Shown here in pieces: positions 38,601 through 53,104 of a stretch of DNA of 64,000 nucleotides. The position numbers and the translations under genes are program-made. Position 1 is the first letter of the stretch. Each line of letters opens with the position of its first letter. The stretch comes from the human T2T-CHM13v2.0 reference genome, Homo sapiens. Below the pieces are notes generated by a model. The model was not told where the DNA came from. It made no database searches and saw only the letters and a program-made list of their open reading frames with translations. The stretch is taken from assembly GCF_009914755.1 (NCBI RefSeq), contig NC_060934.1; one strand, 5' to 3'.

Positions 38601-38992
38601 GAATTTTTTGATTTCTGCCTTAATTTCATTGTTTACCCAAAAGTCATTCAGGAGCAAGTTGTTTCATTCCCATGTACTTGTGTAGTTTTGAGGGTTCCTC
38701 TTGGTATTGATTTCTAATTTTATTCCATTGTGGTCTGAGAAGATACTTGATGAAATTTTAACTTTTTAAAAAATTTATTGAGACTTGTCTTATGGTCAAG
38801 CCTATGCTAAATTTTGGGGAATGCTTCATGCACAGATGAGAAGAATATATATTCTGTGGTTGTTGGGTAGATTGTTTTACAGATGTCTATTAGGTCCATT
38901 TGGTCTGTAGTCCAGTTTACGTCGAGAGTTTCTTTGTTGCTTTTCTGCTTTGATGATTAGTCTAGTGACGGCAGTGGGGTGTTGAAGTCCTC

Positions 38993-39050
38993 ATTATTAT
39001 TATTATTATATTATATTATTGTATTGTATTGTATTATTATTATTGTATTG
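38993..39050. repeat. (TAT)n/(TATTG)n simple repeat inside old L1
   Basis: Direct reading. Confidence 0.85.
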
Positions 39051-42000
39051 CTGTCAGTCTATATTCTTTGGCTTAGTTGTATTTGTTCTATGCATCTTGG
39101 TGCTACAGTGTTGGATGCATATATATTTATGATAGTTAAATATTTTTTCTTTTATTGAACCTTTATTTTTATATAATGCTTTCCTTTGTCTTTTTGTACT
39201 GTTGTTGGTGTACAGTCTATCTAAGAATGGCTACTCCTGCTCATGTGTATTTCCAATTGCATCATATATCTTTTTCCACCCTTTTACTTTTAGTCTGAAT
39301 GTGTCTTTAGCCAGTAGGTGGGCCTCTTGCAGACAACAGGTGGCTGAGTTTTTTAAGAAATCCAATATGCCATTTTGTGTTCTTCAAGTGGGGCACTTAG
39401 ACCATTTACATTCAGAGTTAATACTGATATGTGAGGTTTTCTTCCTAATGTAGTGTTGTTGGCTAGTTGTTTTGGAGTTTTGATTGTGAATTTGCTTTAT
39501 GGGATCTGTGAGCTTTGTATTTATGTGTCCTTTTTTTTTTGGTATTATTCTTTCATTACCATATTTAGAAATCCTTTGAGCATTTCTTGTAGGACTGGTC
39601 TAGTGGTAACAAATTCTCTAGCAATTACTTTTCTGGGAAAGACCTTATTTCTCCTTTATTTATGAGGCTTAGTTTGGTAGGATGCAAAATTATTGGGTGG
39701 CACTTTTTTTTTTCTTTAAGGAGGCTAGAAATAGGCCACCAATATTATCTGGATGTAGGGTTTCTGTTGAAAACTCTACTGTTTGTCTGATCAGTATTAC
39801 TTTGTAGGTGATTTGACCCTTTTCTCCAGTTGCCTTTAAGATCTTTTTCTTTATTGTTGACCTTGGATAGACTGATGACTGTACGCCTTGGTAATTGTCA
39901 TTTTGTATGGTGTGTCACAGGTGTTCTATGGGTTCCTTTATCTGGATGTCTACCTCTCTAACAATATTAAGAATATTTTCTTGAATTATTCTCTTAAATA
40001 TGTTTTCCAAGTTGCTTATGTTTTCTTCTCTCTCAGGAATGCCAATAAGTCATAGGTTTGGTCACTTTACATAATCCCATATTTCCTAAAGGCTTTGTAC
40101 AGTCTTTAAAATTATTTTCCCCTTATTTCTGTCTGATTGTGTTAATTCAAAAGACTGTTTTTCAAGCTCTGAAATTATTTCCTCTGCCTGGTTTACTTTA
40201 TTGTTAATGCTTTCAATTATATGTTGAAATTTCTTAAGTGAATTTTAAATTCCAGATGTTATGATTGATTTAAAAAAAATTTATCTCTTCCTTCATTTCC
40301 TGGATTGCTTTCATAGTTTCTTTGTGGTGACTGTCAATCTCTTCTTGGCATCTTTGAGCTTCCTTGCAATCCATACTTTGAATTTTTTATGTGTCATTTC
40401 TGAGTTTCCATTTTATTTACGGTCCATTGTTAGAGAGCTAGTGTAGTGACATCACTTTTGGTGGGTTTCTGCTGGGAAATCTGCAGTCCACCACCTTTGG
40501 TGATGTTACAACATTCAGATTTTTCATGGTGCGGGGATTCTTACACTGGTTCCCTCTTCTCTGGAGTCACTGCCACTTCTAACTTTTGAAATTATTTTTG
40601 TGCATATATATTGTTTTTCTTTTTTTTTTTCCCTTTCCTCTCCTCCCTAGGGAGTGTGACTATAGAGTATGTTTGGTAGGTTCTTTTGACTTTGCTTCTA
40701 TAACTCTGTGCACTTCTGGGGGCAGGTTTATATTGGGCTATGTGGTTCAATCCGTAGGCCAGTAGATGGCACTGCAGGTAAGAGCCAAGTGCACCACAAG
40801 CAGATGGGTAATTATGGAATCTTTGCTTAATGTGAGGTGCTTTCTGTTGTTTCAGGTGATGGGCTAGACAATGGAGTGCCTGGTGTCCTGAGCTTCCTGT
40901 TCAGCAGAGGCAGAGGACCCTCTGGCTTGGCCACAAATTCCCCAATGACAAGAGCAGTCACCAGCCCTAAAGAGGGTGGCTGGGGGAAATGTGCTGAGGT
41001 CTCTGTGGGGAGGGGTGTGAGGGGGCCTCACTGGCTCAATCTCCTAGATAGGCAGGAATGCAATCTGTTTCTCTTTCACATCCCTGTCTCAGGGTTCATG
41101 ACTTTCAGTTCAGATGCACACTGTATCCTATCTCTAGAAATCAATATAGCTGAGAACCTTGGAAAATAAATGCCTGTCCTTGAATCTCTCCATGGGAGTG
41201 GTTTTGGGGTAGAACCTCTTCACTCAGCATGATATAGTTTTATGGCTTACCTGCTGCAGAAATGCTGCTGCCTTTTATAGGGAGGGCTTCTGCCTCTTGG
41301 CCCATGCAGGTGGTGTTGATTGGTTGGATCAGTCCAACCTCAGGCCCTGAGGGAAGTGGCCAGGTGCCAGCAGTGTTGGAATGGGCTAGGTAGTTCCCCA
41401 CTTCCCAGGGCCCTAGATGGCCCATTGGATGGTGTGTATGAGTCAGGAAGGGGCTGGACCAGGGTCAGGTTAGCCCAGAGTTCAGGTGCTGGCTCAGATG
41501 GGGAGGGGTAGGCTAGTTTCTGGGTCTCTAGCAGAACTCTCAGGCAAAAGTAGGCAAAATGCTCAGGTGGTGAGAGATGTGCCTGAAGGCAGATCACAGG
41601 GCTATTGGGGCTGGGCTTTCAGAAGGGCTGTGGGCTGCACCTGAAATGTTTAGGCAGGATCAGGATGGCTGTGCTCTGGGCCTTTCAATGGGGGAGGGCT
41701 GGTCCCCTCAGCTGGACAGTGAAGACTGGCAGCTGTGGGGTGTGTGGTCCACTCCCACTTTCCTCCTGCAGATGTAGTGCTGGATTTCACTGTTAGGGGC
41801 ACACAAAGGTGCCAGGCTTCCCCACTCCCTCCCTGCCTGGGGTGGTGAGGCAGAGGCAGTGGTAGCAGCAACTGTGGAAGAATTGTCACTGGCTTCTGAG
41901 AATTGGGCTCTCAGAAGAATGCTGAGTATCAGCCATAGTGTTCAGACAGGGGTGAGAAGGCTGCATTAGGGGCCTGCCACTGAAGCCAGCAAGTCCCATT

Positions 42001-42779
42001 TGGTAGGGAGCAATGGAGGTGGGAAGTCATCGGGTGCATAGTCTGCTTGTTGCTCCTCTGCACCTCAGCTACAGTATCTGCACTGGAGGCACTAAGAAAA
42101 TGCCCTGTCTCCCTGTTCTCTCCTTGGCCCAGGGATGGCAAGGAAGGAGGCAGCAGTGGCAGTGATTCCAAAGGGCTTGTGACCTCTGGGAGTTACAATC
42201 TCAGAATAATGCAGAGCTGCAGCCACAGTGTTCAGGCAGGGGTGAGGCAGGTGCTCTGGGGTCCCAAGCTGGCAAGGCCCACTTGGCAGGGAGAAGTGCA
42301 GGTGGGGAGTTTAATGATACAGTCTAGAAGCTCCTCAGTACTGTGGCTGCAGCATCTGTTTTTGGGATGTGCAAAAGTTTCTGGCCTCCCTTCTTGGTGG
42401 GGTGGTGACAGTTGGTGCTATGTGGGATTGAGTTCTGCCTCTGCACAGGCTCCAGGCAGCTCTCTTTGTTTGTCTGGAGGCCCATGATGAAGGTGTGTAT
42501 CTCTTGTTGGGGGTCTCTCATTCACTCATTGTTTTCCCACATTAGGGAGCCTCCCTCAGCTCTGCTGGTCCTGGGTGAGCAGCTGCCTGGCTTCACTCCT
42601 CTTTGTTCTCTGTGGGTCCTGTTACTTCCCTGATGAATCCCAGTGTGATCTCTTAGAAGATCCACTTGAAGAGTTAGTATTTACTTGTCACTTTGTTTGC
42701 TCCCATGAGAGAGGCATGCACTACCTACTTCTAGTCAGCCATATTGAACTGGAACTTTTTTCTTTTTTAATTTTTTTTC

Positions 42780-44050
42780 CTTTTAGCATGCCCTATAATT
42801 TTTTTTTTTGAAAGCTGTACCTGATGCATTGGATAAAAGAAACTAAGGTAAATCAACTGTTAGTATGAGATTTTATGTTTATATGGCTAGCAGTTAGACT
42901 GTTTATTTATTGTTTGTTATAGTTATAGGTGTCAGAGGCTAAAATTTCCTTTAGTATTCTCTTTTGTTTTTGTCTCTACTGTTGTCTTCAAATTTCCCTA
43001 GAGACTTCTTCTTGAATAGAGTCTGAGCCTTGCAGTTCTTTTCAACAGTAATCTGTTATGATATAGGAGAATATAGAATGTTGTAAGGTATTGGGGTAGA
43101 GGGAGCCTGTTTACTTATGATCAAGTATCAGTCTTTTGGTGGGCCTGTGCTTCTGTGCTGTGACCTTCCCAAGTGCTTCCCAGCTCACTCCCTTCCTCTC
43201 TTAGTTGAAACAAAATGGCTGGGTATTTCCCACTTCTATTGTTGGTTTGGCTTAGGTAAAACTCATGATGGTTAGGCTCTGGTAAAATCGGGTCTTTTTG
43301 AGATTGGGTCTTAGTTAACAAGAACAGAAAGATCTGAGTGTATTTAAAAATGGTTACTTTTGGCCGGGTGCAGTGGCTCACGCCTGTAATCCCAGCACTT
43401 TGGAAGGACAAGGTGGGTGGATCACGAGGTCAGGAGATCGAGACCATCCTGGCTAACACAGTGAAACCCTGTCTCTACTAAAAAATACAAAAAATTAGCT
43501 GGGCGTGGTGGTGGGTGCCTGTAGTCCCAGCTACTCGGGAGGCTGAGGCAGGAGAGTGGCATTAACCTGGGAGGTGGCGCTTGCAGTAAGCTGAGATCGC
43601 GCTACTGCATTCCAACCTGGGTGACAGAGTGAGACTCTGTCTCAAAAAAAAAACAAAAAAAAAACAAGGTTACTTTTCCCCTCTCTCTGTCTAAAGTATA
43701 GGGGATTTTTTTTCTGATCCTTGCTCTGATAACTTGGTGGGGCTCCTGGAGATAACACTGAAGAACATGTCCCCACCCCATGGGCCCCCAAGAGGTTTAT
43801 CTCTCAAGTTACTCCATACTGAGCCTCAAGAAATTAGTCAATTACCCTTTAAGCGCTCCTACCCACAGGCTCCACATGTGGTTTCTGCCCCTAATAAGCT
43901 CCAATTTTCTGTATTCACCTGTATCTCCAGATCTGGGGAAAGCAATCTGCCCTGTTTCCTCAACTGACCAAAGATTTGTTGATTTTTCTGTTTTTCTTTT
44001 GCAAAGAGGTGAGTGACAACTTCCAAGCTCTTGCATGTTAGACTGGAAAT
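42780..44050 (-). mobile_element. Ancient L1M fragment interrupted by Alu
   Basis: Resembles antisense L1M 5'-region consensus (gtcttttggtgggcctgtg..., gtgacaacttccaagctcttgcatg). Confidence 0.45.
43362..43667 (+). mobile_element. AluY/AluSc-like element
   Basis: Full dimer with gagatcgagaccatcctggctaac; TSD GGTTACTTTT at 43352-43361 and 43668-43677. Confidence 0.95.
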
Positions 44051-45714
44051 AAGAGTCAAAAGGCCTTTCAATGGGAAATTATTCAGGTCATGATACACTT
44101 AGCCCAAAAGAAAGCAAAGGAGAGAAATTAATGTCAAAAATTTGTTGTTAAAAAGACAGAAGAAAGATGATCAATGGGATGAGTAAAGAGAAATAAGGAA
44201 GGGGAATTCTCATATTTTGATGGTTTAGAATTATATTTTGACCTAATCAAAAATAAAAATCTATTTTCTTTTCATGTTTTTCTTCCTCTTGCCTCTTTCT
44301 CGTCTTTACTCTTGTCTTCCTTTATTTCCTCTGTCCTTCTCCTATCTTCTTCTTTTCTTTCCTCGTGTTAGGAGTTGGGGAGATTTCTTCTCTGGTTCAG
44401 TCATGTCAGTACTGATATTTCTGCTAGGGGAAAAGTGGCCCATCCCCTTTTAGACTGGCTGCACTGGCATGCCAGACAGATGCATCGTGTTGGCATCACC
44501 TTGATGCTTACATTGGAGCCTGTCCCAGACCTTTTTTCTTTTTTCAAATAATATCTTATAAAAAAATATTTTATTGAGGAATAACTGACATACAAGAAGC
44601 TGTACATATGTAAACACAACTTGATGACAAGATCAAGTTTGAAGATAAGTATATACCAGTGAAATTATCACCACAATCTGTGCCATAAACACATCACTCT
44701 TTCATGATTCTTACTGTACATTTTATTTGTGTTAACAATAGGACAAACATAGGGTGGCTTGGCTCTCAGGGATCCCCCCTGAAGGTCACTAAGTGAACTC
44801 TCAAGTGAGGACGATTTACTCACTTACCAAGTGCTGAATACAAGTGTCTAGGAGAAGGATTGAAAGCTATGAAGTACCTCTTCACTTGACATGTCAGAGT
44901 TTAGGGCATTGCTTTCCATTGTTTTTAATATACTTTGCTTATACTCTTATGGACCATTTCAGTCTTCATTAATTTTCACAGGGCTCTTGCTGTAGAGAGA
45001 ATGAACATATAAGCTCTCCTTTTTTGGCTTTAGTGGGATGTTATTCAGAAGTAACTGCTACAGTCTAGTGAGTCAGCAGTCCTGGTTTTTGCCAGGACTG
45101 TGGAGAGCCATGCCTCTGTGGAGGCCAGCACATCGTCTGATGATGGGGCCATAACAGCCTGGACACTGATCACAGGTGTGTGCCTTATCAAATGGGTGAT
45201 ACTATTAATGCTGAGACAAACAAATGTCCTTAGAATCTCAGTTAGCATGATGGACTGTCTTGTGTATACTCAAAACCTAAAAAGATTAGCAATTGTTATT
45301 CAGTGCTTGGCCCTCCAAGCATCCCAGGAATCTAGTTATAAGATCCAGGCTGCATATTCACCCAGTCTAACTCTAGCTTTTTTGTTCAGAACTTCAATAA
45401 ATCATTAAATATAGTATTAAGTATCCAAGAGCCTTGAATAAGGAAATAGAAGAGAAAGCATTGTATTGACTTTGAGTAGAAGGGAGTGGCAGATGTCTTG
45501 CAAAGGAGGAATGAATAAAGGTAAGCAAACAAGGCCTGGTTTGTGGCAGAGGATTAAAAAAAAGCCCAATGTTGGTGCGAGCTTGGAAGTGAGTTGGACA
45601 TGCATCACCTTCAGAGGAAGGTAATTCAGAAGGAAAAAGAAAGAGATATATAATCGAGTTTTGCTTATGTATCTTGGGCCTAATTATCCTTAGAGGATAT
45701 ACCCTCAGGTGCCA

Positions 45715-45880
45715 CAATCCTGAGAATTCAAACCCATTCTTCCACTTACTAGCTGTTTAGCCTTGGGCAAGTTACTTAACTACTCTGTTCTTAGAGTTAT
45801 TATAAAAATTAAATTATTTAATACCTATAATGCTCTTGGAATACTGCCTGGCATGTTGTCAGCACTATTAAGTATATGAA
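45715..45880 (+). mobile_element. MIR
   Basis: ccacttactagctgtttagccttgggcaagttacttaac. Confidence 0.7.
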
Positions 45881-47154
45881 TCCTATATTACATAATTGTG
45901 GATTGCTTCCTTTGAACTATGTTGTGAGTATGGAGGTTATAGAGGTGCCTGATGCACGTGTGCAGATGTAAAGTTTGGTCCTGTCACTGAGGAGATTTCA
46001 AAAGTGCAATATTCAGCAAAATACTGCAACTTAAAGTTGCAAGGGAATCATGTAGATTGTCCACTCCACATAGTCTATAATCACTATTTAAGATCAATTT
46101 GGAGAAGGCTTTCCAGGGGCTTTGTGCAGTCTCTGACAGCAGCTATCCTGCCGCACAGGCTCTTCAGGAACTTGGGTGAAGATATAAAGGGTGTGCCCAT
46201 TGGAGCTATGGGGGAATATATACAGTACATGTTTGTTTAAAACAAGTCAGATCCCAAAAGGTGTGGTTCAGCTTAAACTCTTCTTGCTTGTCTCACTGCA
46301 GCTCCTAACACTGCTCTCCTTTTAGTGTTAGGCTACACCACTTGGGTGTTTCTGTGCACACTGCATATCCTTTCCTTGTGCTATTCTTTCTTCCCAGGTG
46401 TTTGGGGAATGCTTCTTTTGGGTCATTAGCTGAATAAAGCCATTCCTCTCTGGGGCACCTTAAAGGCCATTATGCTTTAATCACAACCCAGGAAACTGCC
46501 TGCAGCTCTTGGAGGCTCAAGGCAGACCCAGGGCTTTGTTGGCAAATCCCAGCTTTGCCTTGGATGGCAGGATGAGGTCAGGCACCTGTCCCCATGGGCT
46601 CAGTTCACACATACACCTTTATTTCACACTGGGCAACACGCTGTCAAACTTGTGAAGAAAAAGGATCTTCTCACTCTAGCGAGGACCTGCTCATACCCCA
46701 ATTTGGCTATACCACTTGCCTCTGCACAGCCATCTGTGCCACCAGTGATGAAGGGCATCTCATTTAAGGGTTTATTAAACAGACTTAATTAGGCAGGGAG
46801 ACAAGGAAATGGCTTTATATTCTCTCTCACTGCATTCAATTCCATTCTGTTTGCTCTTCCTTCCCCACCACAGGATTGAATCTAGGGATGGTCTCACAGC
46901 ATTTCTGATCTGTTTTAGATACTAGAATAGTCATGTCTTCAGGTACTAGCAAGTTGAGATATATTTAAATTAAAGCTTCCTTCCCAGACACAGAGGAAAG
47001 CCTCTCCTCCTCACCTGCTCAGGCCTGACTCTGCTCATGGATCAGAGTTGGGATTGGGTGGTTCTGCTCCTTCACTCTGCTTAAGCATTGTCCTACCTCT
47101 TCCACGTAGTCTGACTCCCTCTGCATCCTGCTGGATTTGGGCTTGGAGGAGGCC

Positions 47155-47640
47155 ATTCCCTCATTCAACAAATATTCACTGTGTTTTAAATTTACGTCTG
47201 GTACTGCTCAGAGTTCTGGATATAAACCCTGATGATAACGTCCTGCTTCATGGAAATTTTTTCAAGCAGGGTGAGGCAAAATGTGTTAATAAAAATATAT
47301 TGAATCTTAAGACAATAGGAGGTGTGGGGGAAAGTAAGGCAGAAAAGGGGAACATGGATTTCTGGCAAGGGGGTTTGCCATTTTATATAGAGTGGTCAAT
47401 GAAGGACATTCTCGTTAAGTGACATTTGGGAAAAGATCTAAGGGAAATAAGTGAGTGGGTCATGGAGAAATATGGGGAAGAAAACCCAAGCAGAGGAGAC
47501 CTCGTATTCAAAGGACACAAGATGTGAACATTGAGGCAGAGAAGTAGTGAGGATAAGATGGAGTGAAGTCATGGAGATGTCAAGGTCAGAAGTGGAGAGG
47601 CCAGTTGAGGGATTATTACAGTAATCTAGGAACAGGAGGA
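47155..47640 (-). mobile_element. L2 fragment
   Basis: tcattcaacaaatattcactg antisense L2 3' end. Confidence 0.6.
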
Positions 47641-49721
47641 GATCTGCACAGAGCTTGGCATTGCCCATTACCGACTATCTTCTGAAGGTAAACCAGAAGC
47701 TGGAGGTTTAAGGAGCAGGGAGAAGATGTGAAGGAGGAGATGAGGGAAGGGAAAGAACTAGGGAATTGTGGTTGCAGAATTGCAGCAGTCCTAGGGGCCC
47801 CTTGAGGTTGTGGTCATTAATTCAAACAAAAACAAGTCGGCTTGGTTTTACTTAGGTGACATTCTACAGCCTGAGTGCAGAACATTTTTTCCAAAACATA
47901 ATTTTGTGGGTTCTTTGGAGACTCCCGTATGAGGACATGTAATGTAACTCATTCCTTTGTGACTCTTTTCCGTCCCTATGAGGCGAAACAATTCTGGGAT
48001 CTTGCATTTTGGCAGGACACCATCTTGTTCGGGATCCTTTAAAAGTGACTTGAGATTTTATTTTATTTGCACTTCCCAGAGCATTCACATGCTTCTTGGG
48101 AATTTGGCATTCTTTCCTGTCATTGGTGGAGACATAGCTGACCCCCTGTTTTCCTCTCTTCTTCTTCAACTCTTGTGGCTGATTCAGACCTGTCCAAGTC
48201 AGAGTCCACAAACTATCTCGTTGCAACCCACACTTTAGGGGATACATGTTAAGTTCTTCCAAGAATTTTCCAGGCTTGATCGGGACAAACTGCTATGTTT
48301 CTGCAGCCTAGAAAGTACTGTCTAACTAGAGAATAAGATGGTAACTTTTTTGTGGAAGTACAGACTTGGATCTCTTTTTAGTCTTCCTTAAAAAAAAGAT
48401 TGCTAGGATAAAAGCACTACACCTGTGTAATAGGACACCTGCATACTATATACTATAGTAATAGAACACCTGTATACTCTTTACCCAGATTCACCTATTG
48501 TTAACTTTTTACACCATGTACTTTATCATTTGCATGCTCTCCCTATATAGATAAAGAAGTCTATTTCTGTCTTTGTTTCCTCTTGAATACTTCAGTGTTT
48601 ATTTTCCAAGAAGAAGCATATTCTCTTATAAAACTACAACACAGTTATGAACTTATAAAAATTACATTGATATAATTATTTAATTTTAAATCTAATATAT
48701 CATTTTGTATTTTAACTTAGATGTTGATTTAATAATGTCCTTTAAAGCATTTTCCTCCTGAGTACAAGCTCTGGTCTAGGCTCAGGTATTGCATTTAGTT
48801 GTTATGCCTCTTTATCATCCATTAATCTAGAATATTTCCATATAATTTTATGACACTGACATTTTTGAAGGATACTTTCCCTTTCTTCTAAAAAATAAAA
48901 CATTTCTCATTTTGCATTAATGTAATGTTTCCTTCTGATTAGATTGAGGTTGTGTATTCTTTTTAAAGAACTGAGATAAAGTTCATTTACCACAAAATTC
49001 ATTTTTTAAAAATGGACAATTCAGTAGTTTTTAGTTCATTTATAAGGTTGTGCAACCATCACCACTGTCTAATTCTAGAATATTTTCATCATTCCAAAAA
49101 TAAACCTCTTATTGATTAGCAGTTAGTCCCTATTCACTACTCCCTCCAGCCCCTGGAGTCCATTAATATACTTTAATTCACCATGTATTTGCCTATTCTG
49201 AACATTTCACATAAACTCTGTTGTACAATGTATGACCTTTTGTGTCTGGCTGCTTTGATTCAGCATGTTTTTAAGGTTTGTCCTGGTAGTATGTATCAGT
49301 GCTTTCTGGATGAGTAATATACAATTACAGGGAGATGCAACATTTGTTTAGCCATACATCAGTTAGTGGATATTTGAGTTGTTTCTACCTTTTGACTATT
49401 ATGAATGATACTGTTGTGAACATTCATGTACAAGTTTTTGTGAAAGTATGTTTTTATTTCTCTTGGATATATACCTAAGAATGGAATTGCTGGGTTGTAA
49501 GGTAACTCCATGTTTAACTTTTTTAGAAACTACCAAAGTATTTTCTAAAGTGGTTGCATCAGTTTACATTCCTACCGGCAATGGATGAGGATTCTAATTC
49601 ACCCACATCATTGCCAACACTTCTTAATGTCTGTCCTTTTGATTATAGCTATTCTAGTGGGTTTGAAGTGGTATCTATCTCACTATGGTTTTAATTGTCA
49701 TTTCCTCATTTCCCTAATGAC

Positions 49722-50011
49722 TTTTTTTTTCTTTTTGAGACAGAGTCTCACTCTGTCACCAGGCTGGAGTGCAGTGGCGCAATCTCACTGCAACCTCTGC
49801 CTCCTGGGTTCAAGCGATTTTCCTGCCTCAGCCTCCCGAGTAGCTGGGACTACATGCGCATGCCACCCCGCCCAGCTAATTTTTTGTATTTTTAGTAGAG
49901 ACGGGGTTTCACCATGTTGGGCAGCATGGTCTCCATCTCTTGACCTCATGATCCGCCCGTCTCAGCCTCCCAAAGTGCTGGGATTACAGGTGTGAGCCAC
50001 TGCGCCCTGCC
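49722..50011 (-). mobile_element. AluS (AluSc-like)
   Basis: Antisense dimer; TSD ttccctaatga / ttccctattga. Confidence 0.92.
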
Positions 50012-50831
50012 TTCCCTATTGATTAATGATATCAATTGTCTTTTCATGTGCTTACTGGCCACTTGTATATCTTCTGTGGGAAAATGTCTTGTTCAAATTT
50101 TTTCCCCATTTTAAAATTGGGTTGTCTTTTTATTGTCAAGTTGTGTTCTTCATATATTCTGGATACTAGACCTAGACCCTTATCAGATATGTTTGCAACT
50201 AATCGCTCCCATTCTGTGAGCTTTTAATTTTCTTAACAATGTGTCCTTTAATGCACAAAAGTTAATAATTTTGATGATATCCAATAAATTTTTTCGATTA
50301 TCTATCTTTTTCTTTGGTTGCTTATGCTTCTGGTATCATATCTAAGAAATTGTTGTCTAGATCAAGGTCATGAAGATGTACTCCTATGTTTTCTTCTAAG
50401 AGTTTTATAGTTTTAACTTTTAAATTTTGGTATTCGATCCATTTGAATTAATTATTGTACATGGCAAAAAGGAAGATCCAACTTTACTTTTTTGCAAGTG
50501 GATTTCCAGTTATCCCAGCTCCATCTTTTGCAAAGACCATTCTTTCCCTATTGAATTGTTATGGAACACTTGATGAAAATCAATTGACCATAAATGTATG
50601 GGTTTTTTTTATGGACTCTCAATTCTTTTCCATTGATGTATATGTTCGTTCTTATGCTAGCACCACATGGTCTTTACTACTGTTGCTTTGTAGTGACTTT
50701 TGATATTGGGAAATACAAGGATTCCAACTTTGTCCTTCATTTTCAAGATTGGTTTGCTATTCTGGGTTTCATATATTTTCATATAAATTTTAGAATAAGT
50801 ATGTCAATTTCTGGAAAAAGGGCAACTAGAA

Positions 50832-51205
50832 ATTTGTTTTGGTTTCTTTATTTTTTATTTGTATAAATATAGGGGGTACAAGTGCAGTTTTATTACATGG
50901 ATATGTTACATCATGGTGAGATTTGGGCTTTTAGTATAACCATCACCTGATTAGTGTACATTGTACTCATTTAATTTATTGTCTTTCACCCACCTTCCAC
51001 TCTCACACCCTTCTGAGTCTCCAGTGACTATTATTCCACAATCTATGTCCATGTACACACTTTATTTAGCTTCCACTTATAAGAAAGAACGTGTGGTATA
51101 TGACTTTTTGTTTCTGTGTGATTTCACTTAAGATTGTGGCCTCCAGTTCTATCTATTGCTGTAAAAGACATGATTTTACTTTTTTATGGCTGAGTAGTAT
51201 TCCAT

Positions 51206-51236
<31 letters not shown>

Positions 51237-52522
51237 ATATACATATATACACATACATATATACACATATATATGTATATACATACATATATACACATAT
51301 ATATGTATATACATACATATATACACACATATATGTATATACATACATATATACACACATATATATGTATATACATACATATATACACACATATATATGT
51401 ATATACATACATATATACACACATATATGTATATACATACATATATACACACATATATATGTATATACATACATATATACACACATATATATGTATATAC
51501 ATACATATATATACACATATATATGTATATACATACATACACACACACATATATATGTATATACATACACACATATATATGTATATACATACATACACAC
51601 ATATATATGTATATACATACATACACACATATATATGTATATACATACATACACATATATATGTATATACATACATACACACATATATATGTACATACAT
51701 ACATACACACATATATATGTACATACATACATATACACATATATATGTACATACATACATATACACATATATATGTACATACATACATATACACATATAT
51801 ATGTACATACATACATATACACATATATATGTGCATACATACATACATATACACATATATATGTACATACATACATATATATACACACATATATGTACAT
51901 ACATACATATACACACATATATGTACATACATACATATACACACATATATGTACATACATACATATACACACATATATATGTACATACATACATATACAC
52001 ACATATATATGTACATACATACATATACACACATATATATGTACATACATATATATACACATATATATGTATATACATACATATATATACACATATATAT
52101 GTATATACATACATATATATACACATATATATGTATATACATACATATATATACACATATATATGTATATACATACATATATATACATATATGAATATAT
52201 ACACATATATATACACACATATATATATTGAAAAAAAATATATATATTCAATAAATGGTCCTGAGAAAACTGGATTGCCATATGCAGAATAAAACTGGAT
52301 CCCTATCTCTCACCATATAAAAAAATTAAGTCAAGATAGATTAAAGACTTAAACATAAGACTGAAAATTTTAAAAATACTAGAAGAAAACCTAGGAAAAA
52401 TTCTTCTGGACAATGGCCTAGGCAAATAATTTATAACTAAGACCTCAAAAGCAAATGCAACAAAAACAAAAATAGACAAATGAGACTTAATTAAATTAAA
52501 AACCTTCACATCAAGAGAAACA
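50832..52522 (-). mobile_element. 5'-inverted (twin-primed) L1PB/L1MA-like insertion
   Basis: Minus-strand tail and 3'UTR 50835-51205; plus-strand ORF2 piece 52247-52522; TSD GGCAACTAGAA at 50821-50831 and 52523-52533. Confidence 0.75.
51206..52228. repeat. About 1-kb compound (TA/CA/TG) tandem repeat with roughly 24-30 bp higher-order units
   Basis: Units such as ATATATGTATATACATACATATATACACAC; explains the six YIH-rich ORFs. Confidence 0.97.
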
Positions 52523-53104
52523 GGCAACTAGAATTTTAATAGGAATAAATTGAATCGGTAGAATAATTTGGGAAGTATTGCCGTATTAAAAATATGAAGT
52601 CTTCCAATCTGTGAACACAGGATGTTTTTCATTTATGCAGGTCTTTAATTTTTATAATTACATTTTTTGGTTTCAAGTTTTTCACTTCTTTTGATAAACT
52701 TACTTGTACACACTTTATTTGTATACTATTGTAAATGAAATTGTTTTCTTAATTTTATTTTTGAATTGTTCATTGTTAGTGTATAGAAACACAGTTGATT
52801 TTTGTATACTGAACTTTTATCTTGCAACCTTGCTGAATGTGTTTCTTAATTCTAGTAGTTTCTTTGTGAATTTCTTAGGAGTTTCTGTATGTAAGATCAT
52901 GCCATATGAGAATAGAAATTTTACTTATTTTCCAAACTGGATGCCTTCATTTCTTTCTTTTACCCAATTGCTCCGCCTGAAACTGCAAATACAATGTTGA
53001 ATAGAAATGATAACAGCAAAAATATTTTTCTTGTTTTTGATATTAGGAGCAAAGCTTTCAGTTGTTTACATTTATGTATGATGTTAACTATGGGTTTTTC
53101 ATAT

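Noticed and set aside
40700-42750. GC-richer region with many short ORFs, possible gene or promoter
   Set aside because: Continuous with the old L1 and ends in an L1-type 5' terminus; CpG-depleted
46304-46332. 9-bp stem CCTAACACT/AGTGTTAGG
   Set aside because: Too short to distinguish from chance
51091-52292. Six long Y/I/H/C/V-rich ORFs of 338-367 aa
   Set aside because: Stop-free by-product of the dinucleotide-type repeat, open in all frames
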